Shown here piece after piece: positions 1-10,500 of a stretch of DNA of 62,257 bases. The translations under genes were made by a program, and so were the position numbers. The stretch is from a virus. Taxonomy: Duplodnaviria; Caudoviricetes. Location of the stretch: positions 1 through 62,257 of IMG/VR virus record IMGVR_UViG_3300020156_000030; one strand, 5' to 3'. The notes under the pieces were generated by a model. It saw only the letters and a list, made by a program, of their open reading frames with translations. It was not told the DNA's origin and did not search any database. Positions within the stretch are counted from its first letter, which is position 1, and the number at the start of each line of letters is the position of its first letter.

Positions 1-1091
1 CCCGGACCGACCAGCATCAGGCCGTTGGGGGAGGCGAAATACACCCCTTCAGGTGCGGACATGATCGAGCCCCGCGAGGTGCACGGCTCGAAGGCATTGA
101 TCTTGGACGTGGTGATAGCGGTAGGCGTAGAGCCAGAAGCCGTCACCGGGGTTCCCAGTGTAGGCACCACGAGCGTCTGGTTCGTCACCCCGAGCCCGAC
201 GACAGGATACTCCACCGTCTGCACGTAGCTGACCGGCCACGCATGGGGGCGGTAAGGCTCCGAGAACCACAGCTCGTTGTCACGCCATGCAGCGAGGATG
301 CCGTTCGGCATGAGAACCCACCCCTGCAAGTCCTCAGGGGGAGGGGTCCACTCGAAAGTCGATAGCTGCTCGTTGCCCGTTACGACCGCATCATCGGCGC
401 TGTCGTTGTAGACAAGAGTGGCGAGGTCGATCTCAGCCACGAAGAAGTAAGTCGCCACACCGGCCGTGGACGTAACCGTGCGGTAGATGCGCGTCTTGGT
501 GATGTTACGTCCCGAGGTAACCCCGGGTGCAGGGGCAGGGATGGTGAGCGCCCACACATCATCCTGCTTCCCCTCCTCCAAGGCCGGAGGGCTGGGGGCG
601 CTCTCCTCTCCATACTCGGTGACCCACGTATAGACGTAGGCACGTGAGACGGTGATGGACGAGGCACCCCCGGACGGGACAACAGCGGGGGGATCAGGCG
701 GGCTGGGAACCCCAAGGAGCAAGGGCGGGTCGCCGTTCTCAATCCGCGCCCGCGTGTTGTAGCGGGGGGAGAGGGCGCTCGACACCCAGTAATAGCGATC
801 GTGCGTATCCCCGAACACCGGGGCTCGAACCACGTCGGTGTAGGGATCGAGAAACTCCAGCCACAGCGAGTCGAAGAGGTAGCCGGCGTTGGAGTATTGG
901 TTGGGGATGCGGAACACGCGACCAACGCCGGGAACGGTGTTGTCGCGAACCTTCTTGGGCTGAGGAAGCCCAATTACCTTGCCGGAGTAAAGCCAGCAAT
1001 TTTGGGCGACGGACGCGGCGGTGTCCGGCAGTAGAGTTTCGTCCACTGCCGGGATCATCCCCCCGAAGGTGGTGATCTTCGCCGCGACCAT
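1..1091 (-). CDS. Tail tubular/stabilisation (nozzle-like) protein, N-terminal part; runs off the left edge
   Basis: Not in the ORF track because it has no stop in the window. ATG at 1091 gives MVAAKITTFGGMIPAVDETLLPDTAASVAQNCWLYSG and ends SAPEGVYFASPNGLMLVGP at the edge. It resembles podovirus tail stabilisation proteins. The C-terminal part appears at 61659-62257. Confidence 0.7.
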   Translation of the reverse strand, partial: MVAAKITTFGGMIPAVDETLLPDTAASVAQNCWLYSGKVIGLPQPKKVRDNTVPGVGRVFRIPNQYSNAGYLFDSLWLEFLDPYTDVVRAPVFGDTHDRYYWVSSALSPRYNTRARIENGDPPLLLGVPSPPDPPAVVPSGGASSITVSRAYVYTWVTEYGEESAPSPPALEEGKQDDVWALTIPAPAPGVTSGRNITKTRIYRTVTSTAGVATYFFVAEIDLATLVYNDSADDAVVTGNEQLSTFEWTPPPEDLQGWVLMPNGILAAWRDNELWFSEPYRPHAWPVSYVQTVEYPVVGLGVTNQTLVVPTLGTPVTASGSTPTAITTSKINAFEPCTSRGSIMSAPEGVYFASPNGLMLVGP

Positions 1092-1094
1092 CTA

Positions 1095-1553
1095 TTACTC
1101 GCCGGCCTTGGTGGCCCGGCGGCGCTTGGTCGTGTCGGATGCAGGAGCGTATCGCCCGGCGAGCTCACGGCCGCGATCCATCTCGGCACGAGTCCGAGGA
1201 GAAATGCGATCGTCCTCAACCGCCTGCCGGCGAGTGCGGGTGTTGGCCGCATCACGACGTGCAGTGCGAACCGCAGAGTTCGGCGGGTTTTCGAGATTGC
1301 GCTCGATCTCCTCGTCCGGGTTCAGCGGGTTGTCCTGATAGGCGACCTGAACGCCTTCCATCTGGTCGTGACGGATGCCATCCGTCCGACCGTCGGTGCG
1401 CTCTTCGACCGGGAGGTCCTGCTCGCCGACGCGGGGGTTCTCCTTCGGGTCGAGGCTCTCGCCCGGCTCGACGCCCGGCGGTAGCTCGGTGCGGAGGACC
1501 ACATCCGGCTTCTCGGCTTCGTTCACAGTCTCAGTCTCGCTCTTTCGGGGCAT
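1095..1553 (-). CDS. Hypothetical charged protein (152 aa)
   Basis: ORF with a GGAG RBS, packed into the late operon. Confidence 0.7.
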   Translation of the reverse strand: MPRKSETETVNEAEKPDVVLRTELPPGVEPGESLDPKENPRVGEQDLPVEERTDGRTDGIRHDQMEGVQVAYQDNPLNPDEEIERNLENPPNSAVRTARRDAANTRTRRQAVEDDRISPRTRAEMDRGRELAGRYAPASDTTKRRRATKAGE

Positions 1554-1567
1554 AGTAGCTCTCCATG

Positions 1568-1954
1568 TCAGCGGGTTTGCATCAGGCGTCGAAACTCGTC
1601 GTTCTCTCTCCGCAACTTATCCATTTCTTCTTTTTGGCGCATTTCGTCAAGGCGCTCTTGCCGCTCAGCGTTCTCCACCATGGTGTCGCTGATCGTTTTC
1701 ATATGGGCACAGCCCTTCACCGAAGCCTCTGCTATGACCTTCACGTAAGACGTTAGCTCGGTCATAACATCCGAGTCGATGATGGCTGCGCCCCGTATCT
1801 TGACATGCTCCTCTACCGAATGGGTCCGTGCGGTCGCCACTGGAGCGTCCGAAGTAGGGGCCTTCCTCAGCCAGCCCAACACGGCGATGACGGACCCGGC
1901 CAAGATGGTAATGGCGGTCTGAACCCACGGGGGGAGCTGTTCAAATCCCGGCAT
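1568..1954 (-). CDS. Membrane-anchored coiled-coil protein of the lysis cassette (holin or spanin-like candidate)
   Basis: N-terminal hydrophobic helix (WVQTAITILAGSVIAVLGWL) and a C-terminal charged coiled coil. Start reassigned to ATG 1954 after a GAGAGG RBS. Confidence 0.55.
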   Translation of the reverse strand: MPGFEQLPPWVQTAITILAGSVIAVLGWLRKAPTSDAPVATARTHSVEEHVKIRGAAIIDSDVMTELTSYVKVIAEASVKGCAHMKTISDTMVENAERQERLDEMRQKEEMDKLRRENDEFRRLMQTR

Positions 1955-2444
1955 CCCTCTCCACCTTCCTCGCCGCAACCACGTCATCTTCACGACGGGC
2001 TGCGCCGGCTGCTCGCCACACATTGCTGATCTCGGTCAGAGCCGCAAGCGGAATGAAGGCGAACAGGAGCGTCGGGAACCCGGCCTCAAAATAGGCCATG
2101 CCGAACTGCACCCACACCGCGCCGCACAAGATGGACAGGATAGCCCGCATATGCGGGCTGCCCCGAGGAAGAGAGCCGTTGATGCCGAGCACCAGAAGCC
2201 GGATAAGGCCCAGCCACAGGCATATGGCTGCCCACGTATCCTCAGGTGCGATCTCCCGCAGACGGGCATACGGAGCAAGCTCGAAGGTCGCCACAGGGTG
2301 AGCCAGCACCAGACCCGCCATGACCATAGCCACCGCCAGCCACCATTCGAGCTGGCGGGAAGGCAAGTGCTTCTTGAAGATGCGAAGCCTGTCATAGACA
2401 AGCGTTCGCACGGGCGAGGTCACCGAAGGAGACCCGTTATCCAT
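1941..2444 (-). CDS. Multi-pass membrane protein (holin candidate)
   Basis: About four hydrophobic segments, directly downstream of the endolysin. Start at ATG 2444 after GGAG. Confidence 0.55.
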   Translation of the reverse strand: MDNGSPSVTSPVRTLVYDRLRIFKKHLPSRQLEWWLAVAMVMAGLVLAHPVATFELAPYARLREIAPEDTWAAICLWLGLIRLLVLGINGSLPRGSPHMRAILSILCGAVWVQFGMAYFEAGFPTLLFAFIPLAALTEISNVWRAAGAARREDDVVAARKVERDAGI

Positions 2445-2457
2445 GTGGTATCTCCAC

Positions 2458-3579
2458 TCAGGTGGTAACTCGGGTCCGTGCACGGATGCGCCCCACGAGT
2501 CCGACGATTGCAAAGATGGAAGCCACAGCTTGGGCGACAAGAGAGTAGCCCTCCTGCAGGTCGGCTTCGGTGAGGGAAACCCCCAGCATGTTCCCTCCGA
2601 GCACGACGACAGCGCCTGCCGCGCCAAGCACTCCGGCGGACTTCCACCACGGCTTGGCCGCCGGAATGGAGTTCACAGCTTCCGTCGTATCGCTCGCACG
2701 CTTGGCGATTTCAGGGTCCGTAAGCGCCTCGGAAATGGCGCGGCCCACGATGTCAGGCACCGACACCCCGTTACCCCGCGAGGTAATGGCAGCGGCGGTA
2801 GCTTTGGTGGCCACTCGAACGATGAGGTTGAAGACGCCCGGCTCCACGCTGACGATCGGTTTGGCAGAAGGCTGCGCGATCGGAGGAGTGGGGGCGATGA
2901 TCTCCTTGATGGACTCCGGCATCTCCGGTGGCTCGACCCCCACGGTGGACACAGGGATGGTCCCGGGAGTGTAGGGCGTGTCCTTGATCTTCGCCCATTT
3001 GGCGTAAGCCAACGCCATCCTGCCGTGATAGTTGTGCTTGGCGTATCCCGGTCCGTTATAGACACGGGCCACAACCTCCCACCGATGGGCTTTCAAATCG
3101 TCGTCGATGCCCGTGGAGATGAGGTATTCAACGATGGCTTCGAGGTGCTTCTCCTCGTCGTCCATGAACGCAAGCACCATGCCCTGCACGGTGTCGTAGC
3201 CGACCAGCTTGTGGTTCTCGCCGAGTATCTGCCCCAGCCCCCATGACGCCGACTTGAGTGCCGCCGTCTCATCGAGCTCCATCGCCTTCTGCAGGGTGGG
3301 GTAGCTGTCCTTGGGGTAGGGGCGGGTGCCCCATTTCTTGTAGGCGAGCCCCACCTGCATGGCCTGCTGGCGCTTATCGGCGGATAGGTTGCGGTAGAAC
3401 ACATGCGGCTCGAAGAGCATCTTCGGGCGACCTTGCCGGTCGAACCCACTGCCAGCAGCCTCCACGTCCATGAAGGCATGAAGTTCGTCCTCGCCCACGC
3501 CGATGCGCTGGCCGATGCGGGGGATGTCGAGGTCCTCTATCCGCTTTGCTGCGCCCTTGAAGCCATTCCAGTTGGTCAT
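2458..3579 (-). CDS. Endolysin, N-acetylmuramidase (DUF3380-type) with a C-terminal two-TM domain
   Basis: Motifs VEAAGSGF..PKMLFEPHVF, SASWGLGQILGENH and ARVYNGPGY. Pro-rich linker and hydrophobic C-terminus. Confidence 0.85.
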   Translation of the reverse strand: MTNWNGFKGAAKRIEDLDIPRIGQRIGVGEDELHAFMDVEAAGSGFDRQGRPKMLFEPHVFYRNLSADKRQQAMQVGLAYKKWGTRPYPKDSYPTLQKAMELDETAALKSASWGLGQILGENHKLVGYDTVQGMVLAFMDDEEKHLEAIVEYLISTGIDDDLKAHRWEVVARVYNGPGYAKHNYHGRMALAYAKWAKIKDTPYTPGTIPVSTVGVEPPEMPESIKEIIAPTPPIAQPSAKPIVSVEPGVFNLIVRVATKATAAAITSRGNGVSVPDIVGRAISEALTDPEIAKRASDTTEAVNSIPAAKPWWKSAGVLGAAGAVVVLGGNMLGVSLTEADLQEGYSLVAQAVASIFAIVGLVGRIRARTRVTT

Positions 3580-3581
3580 GG

Positions 3582-4253
3582 TCATCTCCAGAAGGCGGTG
3601 GCACGGGACATAACGCTGTCCTCCTTTACCACACCGCCGGTCGTTCGCCACTGCCCATATACCGGAAGGGCGGGGATGTTGTTGATGAACGCCACCGTGG
3701 CGTAGCGGGACCCGGTTATCTGAGGCGTTCCAGCGGGCCTCTCCCAGTAGTCTCCGTAAACGTAGACGCCCGACTCAGCAATGTGCCCGATGGTCACGCA
3801 GCACTGCCCGGGGACCACCCCCGTGGTGACTGGCCCGATGTCGTTGTCCTCGCCGGTCAGGGTCCGGGTAGGGGTTATAGACCGAATACCCGACAAATGG
3901 AACACGAAAGCGGCCAGCCCGTCGGCATCGCTCGACAGGGCAACGTTACACACCCCGGTTCCGCCCTGCGTCCTAACCGTGGAAATCTGACACACCGGAG
4001 AGTTCGACGAGAAGGGGTCGTGAAACACAGACGTGCTCATCGTATCCCCGAGGAACGTGAATGGCACCGGGGAGGCAGAGTCGGCGGACGTGTAGCCCGT
4101 AACTGCCACCACAGCGTAGCCCGCCGGGAAGTCCGTGATAGGGATGTCGAAGCCGGTAGACCAGTCCACGCCTCCCCCCGAGCTCACCTCCTGTATGAAG
4201 GTCAGCCGAGGAAGGAGGGGAGCAGCAGCGAAGCCGTAGCCCGGAAGGATCAT
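3582..4253 (-). CDS. Hypothetical virion/tail-associated protein
   Basis: Beta-rich Gly/Thr/Ser ORF, coupled to the upstream tail gene by an overlap. Confidence 0.55.
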   Translation of the reverse strand: MILPGYGFAAAPLLPRLTFIQEVSSGGGVDWSTGFDIPITDFPAGYAVVAVTGYTSADSASPVPFTFLGDTMSTSVFHDPFSSNSPVCQISTVRTQGGTGVCNVALSSDADGLAAFVFHLSGIRSITPTRTLTGEDNDIGPVTTGVVPGQCCVTIGHIAESGVYVYGDYWERPAGTPQITGSRYATVAFINNIPALPVYGQWRTTGGVVKEDSVMSRATAFWR

Positions 4254-4981
4254 GTCCGTAGGTCCGGGATATGCGTGACGACAATGAGGTTCGTCGTCAC
4301 GCAGAACAGCTGCAGGATGTCATGTGCGCCGGCGGCGGTCGCCAGAGAAGGCTTCACCCCGTAGGGGTGTTGGAACCGCGTCCCCCACGAGGAGATGAGC
4401 TTGTTGCCACCCGTCCCTTGGATAACCCGAAGGATGCGCCACGTTCCCGGCTGAGCGTTGGTCGGGTTGGCCAGCGTCCGGTTACCCGCCAAGGTAACCT
4501 GAAAATTGACACCTGCATCCCAATCGAGGGTGATCGTGGCTGCATCGGTCACCACGACAAAACCACCAGCGCTCTCCAGAAGGTCGGTGGTGATGACTTT
4601 ATCAGCGGCCGCAGACCAAACTTCAGCGTTTGTCGCCTTGGCATAGGTGGCGACGGCGGTGAGGCCCAGTGCGGTTCGGGCGAGTGGAGCAGTAATGGCC
4701 CCGGTGCCCCCCTTAGTAATGGGGACAACGCCGGTCATCGCATCAGCGGTGATCTGAAGGGTGCACCTCAAAGCCCCCGCATTCCACCCAAGGCCGTCCC
4801 CCAGAGGGATTTCCTGCATCTCGCCGGAGTTGTTGGCAGAACGGCCGAGGAGGCGCTCGGCCCCAACCGTGATGGTGGCAGCGTGCTCCTCATTCCAGTT
4901 GGACGGCTGGATAAGCGTGGCGTCCGGGCCATCCGCCTTCTCCGAAACAAACGGATGTGTGATGGAGATGTCGATCGCCAT
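4250..4981 (-). CDS. Minor tail/fibre-like protein
   Basis: PSNWNEEH N-terminus, a VPITKGGTGA fibre repeat and an LAGNRTLANPTN..QGTGG C-terminal domain. Confidence 0.6.
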   Translation of the reverse strand: MAIDISITHPFVSEKADGPDATLIQPSNWNEEHAATITVGAERLLGRSANNSGEMQEIPLGDGLGWNAGALRCTLQITADAMTGVVPITKGGTGAITAPLARTALGLTAVATYAKATNAEVWSAAADKVITTDLLESAGGFVVVTDAATITLDWDAGVNFQVTLAGNRTLANPTNAQPGTWRILRVIQGTGGNKLISSWGTRFQHPYGVKPSLATAAGAHDILQLFCVTTNLIVVTHIPDLRT

Positions 4982-5016
4982 ACCCTCGTCCTCTGGTTGT
5001 TACCCGGTGGGGTAAC

Positions 5017-5421
5017 CTATTTTCCTCGGGGGGTTCCGATCCCGAAGATAGCCCCAATCCGAACACCCGTATAGAGCAGCCCCCGCATAGGCACCGAAAT
5101 GCCGGACGCCTGATTGGCGATGCTGAACTCTCTATCGGCATCCTTCCTCGTCTTGAAGAGCCGGTGGGGTGTGCCCTTCCTGATAAGCTCGCACAGGAAG
5201 TCATGGAGGCACGCGGCCCGCCGGTAGCGACCCCAGCGGTGCATCACGATGTTGATCGGCCACGGGATGCTGGCCCCGTCCGAGATGAAGCCGGTGGGCA
5301 CTACAACGAACTGCCCGGAGCCCTCTTCTCCGACTTCCCATACAAGGTCTTCGAGGAGCTCCCACGTGTCGCTGTCCACGTTGAACTCCCGGATCGCCAG
5401 TGGGCCAGTAAACCGGCTCAT
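5017..5421 (-). CDS. DUF1353-family protein
   Basis: Signature VPTGFISDGASIP...AACLHDFLC...RKDADREF. Confidence 0.8.
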   Translation of the reverse strand: MSRFTGPLAIREFNVDSDTWELLEDLVWEVGEEGSGQFVVVPTGFISDGASIPWPINIVMHRWGRYRRAACLHDFLCELIRKGTPHRLFKTRKDADREFSIANQASGISVPMRGLLYTGVRIGAIFGIGTPRGK

Positions 5422-5657
5422 TCGGTGGTCCCCACGGTGGGAGTTCGGATGATGACCCCATGCTCGTCGATGGTCTCGGCGGGGGACAGCTTGTATTTGT
5501 CGCGGCAGAAATCCATCCAGCTCGAAGAGGTGGCCTGCGACTGGAACACCTTCTGCTCCAGCATGGCGATCTGGCGCTGAGCGAGTTGCGCCTCCTGCAT
5601 CTGCCGGACGACGAACTGGTGGAACGGAAGGTCAGAGTCGTTCAGCTTTTCGTTCAC
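5418..5657 (-). CDS. Small coiled-coil protein (possible tail fibre chaperone)
   Basis: 79-aa ORF coupled to the end of the tail fibre gene. Confidence 0.55.
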   Translation of the reverse strand: MNEKLNDSDLPFHQFVVRQMQEAQLAQRQIAMLEQKVFQSQATSSSWMDFCRDKYKLSPAETIDEHGVIIRTPTVGTTE

Positions 5658-7573
5658 GTGATCAACCCCAGAGATACGAGAGCGGCATGAATGCCGGCGG
5701 CGCTGACAGCTACCCCCGATGGACGAGCGACAGGGGCCTTACCATAGAAGCCGAGCTTCTGGGTAGCCGCCGTCGCGATGGTCAGTCCGCCCGCCGTGTC
5801 CGTGCCGATCTTCTGGCTGTCTAGCTGCAGGGCGGCCCCCGTAAAGGTGTTGGCAGCGCGGATGTGGATGCCGTGCAGGCCCGTCACGTTGGTGATGTCA
5901 AAGACCTTCCACACGTCCTCGAAGCCGACGTGGATAGCGGTGCCGTCGCTACGCACACCGCCGCCGCCCCAGATGAGGCCATACTTGTATTTGGCGTCAC
6001 CGTAGGACTGGAACTGGATCGCTCGCCCGTTGGCGTTACCCTTCTTGTCGGTGCCGCCGCTGCCCGACCCAGTGATGAGGATACCGATGTTCATGTTGTC
6101 GGGGCCGTTGGCCTCGATCTGGCGCGACCCGGTTTCAGTCGCGTTGGCGCTCATCGTGATGATGTCGGGGAAACCGAAGCCGGCCACCAAGAAGGTCATG
6201 TCGAAGGTGGCACCCGTGCCCGTGCCGCCAGTCACAGGGACTGGGCCAGTCGGAAGGGTGGTATAGTTGCCGGGCTCGACGATGCCAGCAGTGGTGACGC
6301 CGCCGGAACCGTTGACAGACAGCACCTCGATCTGAGCCGGGACAGTATAGGCCCCGCCCGATGCAACGGTGAGGATGTCCCCCTTAACGTAGCCGGAGCC
6401 AGCCACCGCCGTGTCGGCCGACTGGGCGTGGCGGTCCGTATATACCTTACCGTTTTTCGTCAGGGAGATGATGGTCGCCCCTACCGGGATGCCATTGCCC
6501 TCAATCGTATCCCCGATACAGAACCGGGAGCCGGCCATGTTGATGCCGGTCACCGTGATGTTGGGGGTGCCGGCAGTAAGCGTGCCTTGGCACTGAGCAG
6601 CGAACTGGCCGGACAGAATTTCCAGCGCGTGCCCATCGCCACCGTTTCCGCACTGGCGCGCGTTCGCACCCATCGCCCTCACACGGAAGCCCTGAGCCAC
6701 TGCGTCGATATTCGTCAACGGGGCCGTGTTCGGGTTGGTGAACCACGTGGAGATACCCCAGTCATAATGCCGGGAAGGTGCGCCCCACTTGTCGAGGTGT
6801 TCACCGATCGCCAGACGGGCGGTCTTCGGAGTAGAACGGCCATAGATAGGCCGCTCTTCCGGGTTCCACCCCGTCTCACTGATCCACACCTTCTGGGTGT
6901 TGACAGGCTCAGTAGCCGCCGCCGTCCGCACCACGTTCTCGACCTGCACGGAGGCCATGCGGGTGTTGACGAAAGCGGTGGTCGCCAGCTTGGTGCTGTT
7001 GTCAGCATCCGCCGGCGTGGGGGCCGTAGGCGTGCCGGTGAAGGCAGGGCTGTCCAGCTTGGCCAGCTCAGCCCACGTGGACCAGTTACCTCCGAAGTAA
7101 TTCCTGATCCAAGCGCGCGGATTGGCGGTGGTGGTGTTCAGGAAGAACTGGGCACGAGCGGCACCCGCCGAACGGGTGCTCTGGAAACCCGCGCCATACC
7201 CGAAATTGGGAGTGTTGGTCCACGGGGTGTTCGCTTTGAAGAACTGCGCGGTGTCCCCCGGCACCGAGTTCATATCGGTGTATACCGCGCCACTCGTCTC
7301 GGCAGACGTTCCCAGTCCATAAGTGCCCGTTCCCGACGCCCCGGCCGGCCCGGTCAAGGCGTCAAGCATATCGGCATAGGTAGCCCCGGCGTTACCAGAG
7401 GCGGAACGGTAGGCATCGAGCAAGCCCGAAGCCATATGCGCGGCCCCGCCGAACGGGGGTTCCAGTCGGTAGGTATCCGTATCCGACAGGACGAGCGCGA
7501 TGGCGTCAGCTGCGGGCAGCGTCTGGCTGGAGCCGCTGACAATCTCTACAACCGTGAGGTTCTGAAGTGCCAT
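5654..7573 (-). CDS. Tail fibre protein
   Basis: Fibre repeat SPAFTGTPTAPT..DNSTKLATTAFV, a WSTWAEL pyocin-knob-like motif and a QKLGFYG..LVSLGLI C-terminus. Confidence 0.75.
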   Translation of the reverse strand: MALQNLTVVEIVSGSSQTLPAADAIALVLSDTDTYRLEPPFGGAAHMASGLLDAYRSASGNAGATYADMLDALTGPAGASGTGTYGLGTSAETSGAVYTDMNSVPGDTAQFFKANTPWTNTPNFGYGAGFQSTRSAGAARAQFFLNTTTANPRAWIRNYFGGNWSTWAELAKLDSPAFTGTPTAPTPADADNSTKLATTAFVNTRMASVQVENVVRTAAATEPVNTQKVWISETGWNPEERPIYGRSTPKTARLAIGEHLDKWGAPSRHYDWGISTWFTNPNTAPLTNIDAVAQGFRVRAMGANARQCGNGGDGHALEILSGQFAAQCQGTLTAGTPNITVTGINMAGSRFCIGDTIEGNGIPVGATIISLTKNGKVYTDRHAQSADTAVAGSGYVKGDILTVASGGAYTVPAQIEVLSVNGSGGVTTAGIVEPGNYTTLPTGPVPVTGGTGTGATFDMTFLVAGFGFPDIITMSANATETGSRQIEANGPDNMNIGILITGSGSGGTDKKGNANGRAIQFQSYGDAKYKYGLIWGGGGVRSDGTAIHVGFEDVWKVFDITNVTGLHGIHIRAANTFTGAALQLDSQKIGTDTAGGLTIATAATQKLGFYGKAPVARPSGVAVSAAGIHAALVSLGLIT

Positions 7574-7576
7574 CGG

Positions 7577-10500
7577 TTACATCCGATACGGGTTCATGAT
7601 CTGGACGTTGAAGGTTGCCCCGCCAGTCGGCGCAGCGGTGTTGACACCGATGCGGACCTGAGTGGAGCTGACCGTATCCACATAGACACCAAGCCCAGCG
7701 GAAGCGGAGTTTGCCGGAAGGGGGATGATGTCCTTTGCGCCCAGAGGAGCGTCCACCCCATGGTTCGTGAGGGCCGAAAGGGTCTGGCCGGCGGCGATGG
7801 TGACCGTGATAGTGGCGGCCGTCCGGTAGCCGACGTTGCCCTCACAGGCGAAATCGACCGAGACGTTACCGAACTGCGGCTTCTCCGTCCACTCGTTAGC
7901 CGCGACCGCCCGGTCCAGCGTGATCGGGTTGTCCTTCCACGTGGAGCGCCGGCTATCGGCATAGTAGTAGCTCTTCGCCTTGACACCGGAGACGAGGCGC
8001 ATCCGGTTATCCTTGGTGAAGTGCTCAATGCCGTAGGCCCCACCAGTGTCGAGGACGTTGATGAGGGGGGTCGGCAGAACGAGGTCGCCGGTCGGGTAAT
8101 CGGGATCGAGGGCAAGAACCGAAGCACCGTCTATGCGGGCGTGATTGCCGACGATCTCCAGACCGTTCACCAGCCCGGCACCCGCAGGGATGTGCAGGAT
8201 AAGGCCCTTGGTCAGGTCCAACAGGTTGCGGTTCGGGTCGTTTGCGTCCCCGCTCTGCTTCGCTTCCTGCAGGATGTGCAGCTTGTTGAACAGCAGGCTG
8301 ATGTCGGCCATCTGGCCGTTGTTCGTCTTCTCGACAAACGGCCCCCAGTTGATGAGCGCCCGGTTGAGGGCGATCATCGTCTGAGGCTGAGCAGCCGAGT
8401 TGGTGGCGTCGAGCTGGATAGCTGCCGCCTGATGCCCGCCGAAGAAGTAGTTGGCGAGGATCAGGTTCTTGCGCTGGCGCAGGCGGACGAGCGTGCTGTT
8501 CGGCAGGCCGGCCGGGAAGTCGCCCTTGCCCGGTCCGCGAAGTAGCGAGCCGATGAGCATGTTCTCCGCACCGAGCTCCAGCGCTTCCAGCTGGTTCTGC
8601 CACAGGGTGAGCTGGGACAGCACGCTGCGCTGGATGCCGCCGTCGTTCTCGCCAGCGCGCGGGTGCCAAGCGGGGAACGTGCCAGTGAGCGCCTGCCGGC
8701 CGAGCGAGAAGCGGCACTGGGTGACCGCGCCGTCGATCATGATACGCGGCAGCCACGCGATGTCGTTGTAGCGGAAATCGTTGTTTAGAACGTTGGGGTG
8801 CTGCAGATCGGTGTAGAGGCCGATCATGTTGTTGTGGACGAAATTGTCCGCGATCGTCACCGCATACAGGTTCTTGTAGAGCTCGATGCCGATGAGGCAC
8901 TGGCTGATGCGGCACTCCAGAATGAGGAACTGATAGAGCCGGTAAGCGAGGTTCACCGGGTCCTTTTCGAGCTGCTGAGAGCCTAGCCCGATGATGTAAT
9001 TGTGCGGGGTCGAGCCGCTGCCATTACCCGGCGTGGTCTCGACGCCGGTTCCCGGCCCTTGGATGTAAAGGCCACGGATACCGCCGCCTCGAAACTCACT
9101 CTCCCCGTTGTCGTGCAGGTTGAGGATCGCCTTGCCGACCGTCCACGCATTATCATACGTGCCCGGCACCGACAGGACGCAAGCCCCCGGTCCAGCAGTC
9201 TGGTGGTAGATGCGCGGGTAGGTGTTGACCCCCTGCATCCTGAACTTGTCGCCCGGGGCTCCCTTGGAGCTGGCAGGCCATATGATAAGCCCCTGCCCCT
9301 TCACGTCACGCACGTAGTCGATAGCCGCTTGGACAGCGGCGGTATCGTTCGACGTTCCGATCTCACCGAAGGCTTGGACTGGGACGCCGATCTCGTGCTT
9401 GGTCTGGCGTTCCCAGATGTCCCCGCCCTTCTCGAAGTAGCGGGAATGGCCCGGAACAGCGCCCACCTTGGCGAACAGGTGCTCCACGCCGTTAGCCGTG
9501 TCCCAGCCCCTCGTGCTGATATACTTGACGAAGGCGGGAAGCGCCGGAGCAGCCAGAATGTCAGGTATGCTGGCATAGCTTATCGCGCTCGCTTCAGCGC
9601 CCGCGCCAACGGATAGGGCAGCGGCTTCAGCCGCATCCTTGTGCCCCTCTGCTTCAGCAGCGTGGAGCTGTGCGGCGTCTCTTGCAGCGGCAGCGGCATC
9701 CCTCGCCGACATCGAGGTGCTGGCGTAGGTCGAAGCCATGGCCTCGTGGCCAGCGGCGGCCGCCTGAGCGGATACGGCCTGAGCCGCCATCTCTAGGGCG
9801 ACCTGAGCCGACACCTCGGCGTTCTGGAAGTTACCTTGCAGGGTAACGACCTTCTCCTGCACGAAGGCGGTGGTCGCCAGCCGGTCGCTATCATCGTCCG
9901 GGGCAGGAGTAGGGGCGGTGGGAGCCCCCGTCATCGCCGGGCTGGCAGCCTTGAGGACCGGCACGCCATTGATCAGGAGGCTGTAATCGCCCGCGTTCGT
10001 GCCGTCATTCTGACGGACGAAGGTGCGCAGCGCCTTGGCGTTACCGTCCCAGAAGGCGCGGAACCACGTGCCGCCGTCGCCCCAGCCGCCGTTGAACGCC
10101 TTGAGGGTGAAGTAGCCACCCTCGATAGTCGGGCCGGAATTGTCGAGCTTGTTGCCCAGTGCCGTGGCCACAGCCGTGGAAATCGGCTTGTTGGCGTCGG
10201 ACGTGTTGTCCACGTTCGACAGGCCCACCATGGCCTTGGTAGGCGTCTCCCATGCAGATGCGCCGCCGGCGGTCCGGCGGATGACCTGCCCTTCCGTTCC
10301 GCCTGTCGGAACACCCTCGCCCTTGTTACCTGCCGGGGTAAACCCGATCAGGACCGACTCCCCGTTGGAGAAGGGGCTCGTGGCGCTCGACCCACGGTGA
10401 GCGATGCTGACGTTGTAGTAGCCGGTCTCGGCGGACGAAGCCGTCACGTCGAACGACAGATACTTGGTTCGATCAGCAACAGAGACTATCCGCAGGCGGC

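Noticed and set aside
5864-8545. 893-aa plus-strand ORF, and similar long shadow ORFs at 44601-46130, 55644-57296 and 60483-62051
   Set aside because: They are antisense to well-supported genes and have no motifs; this is an expected artefact of high-GC codon bias.
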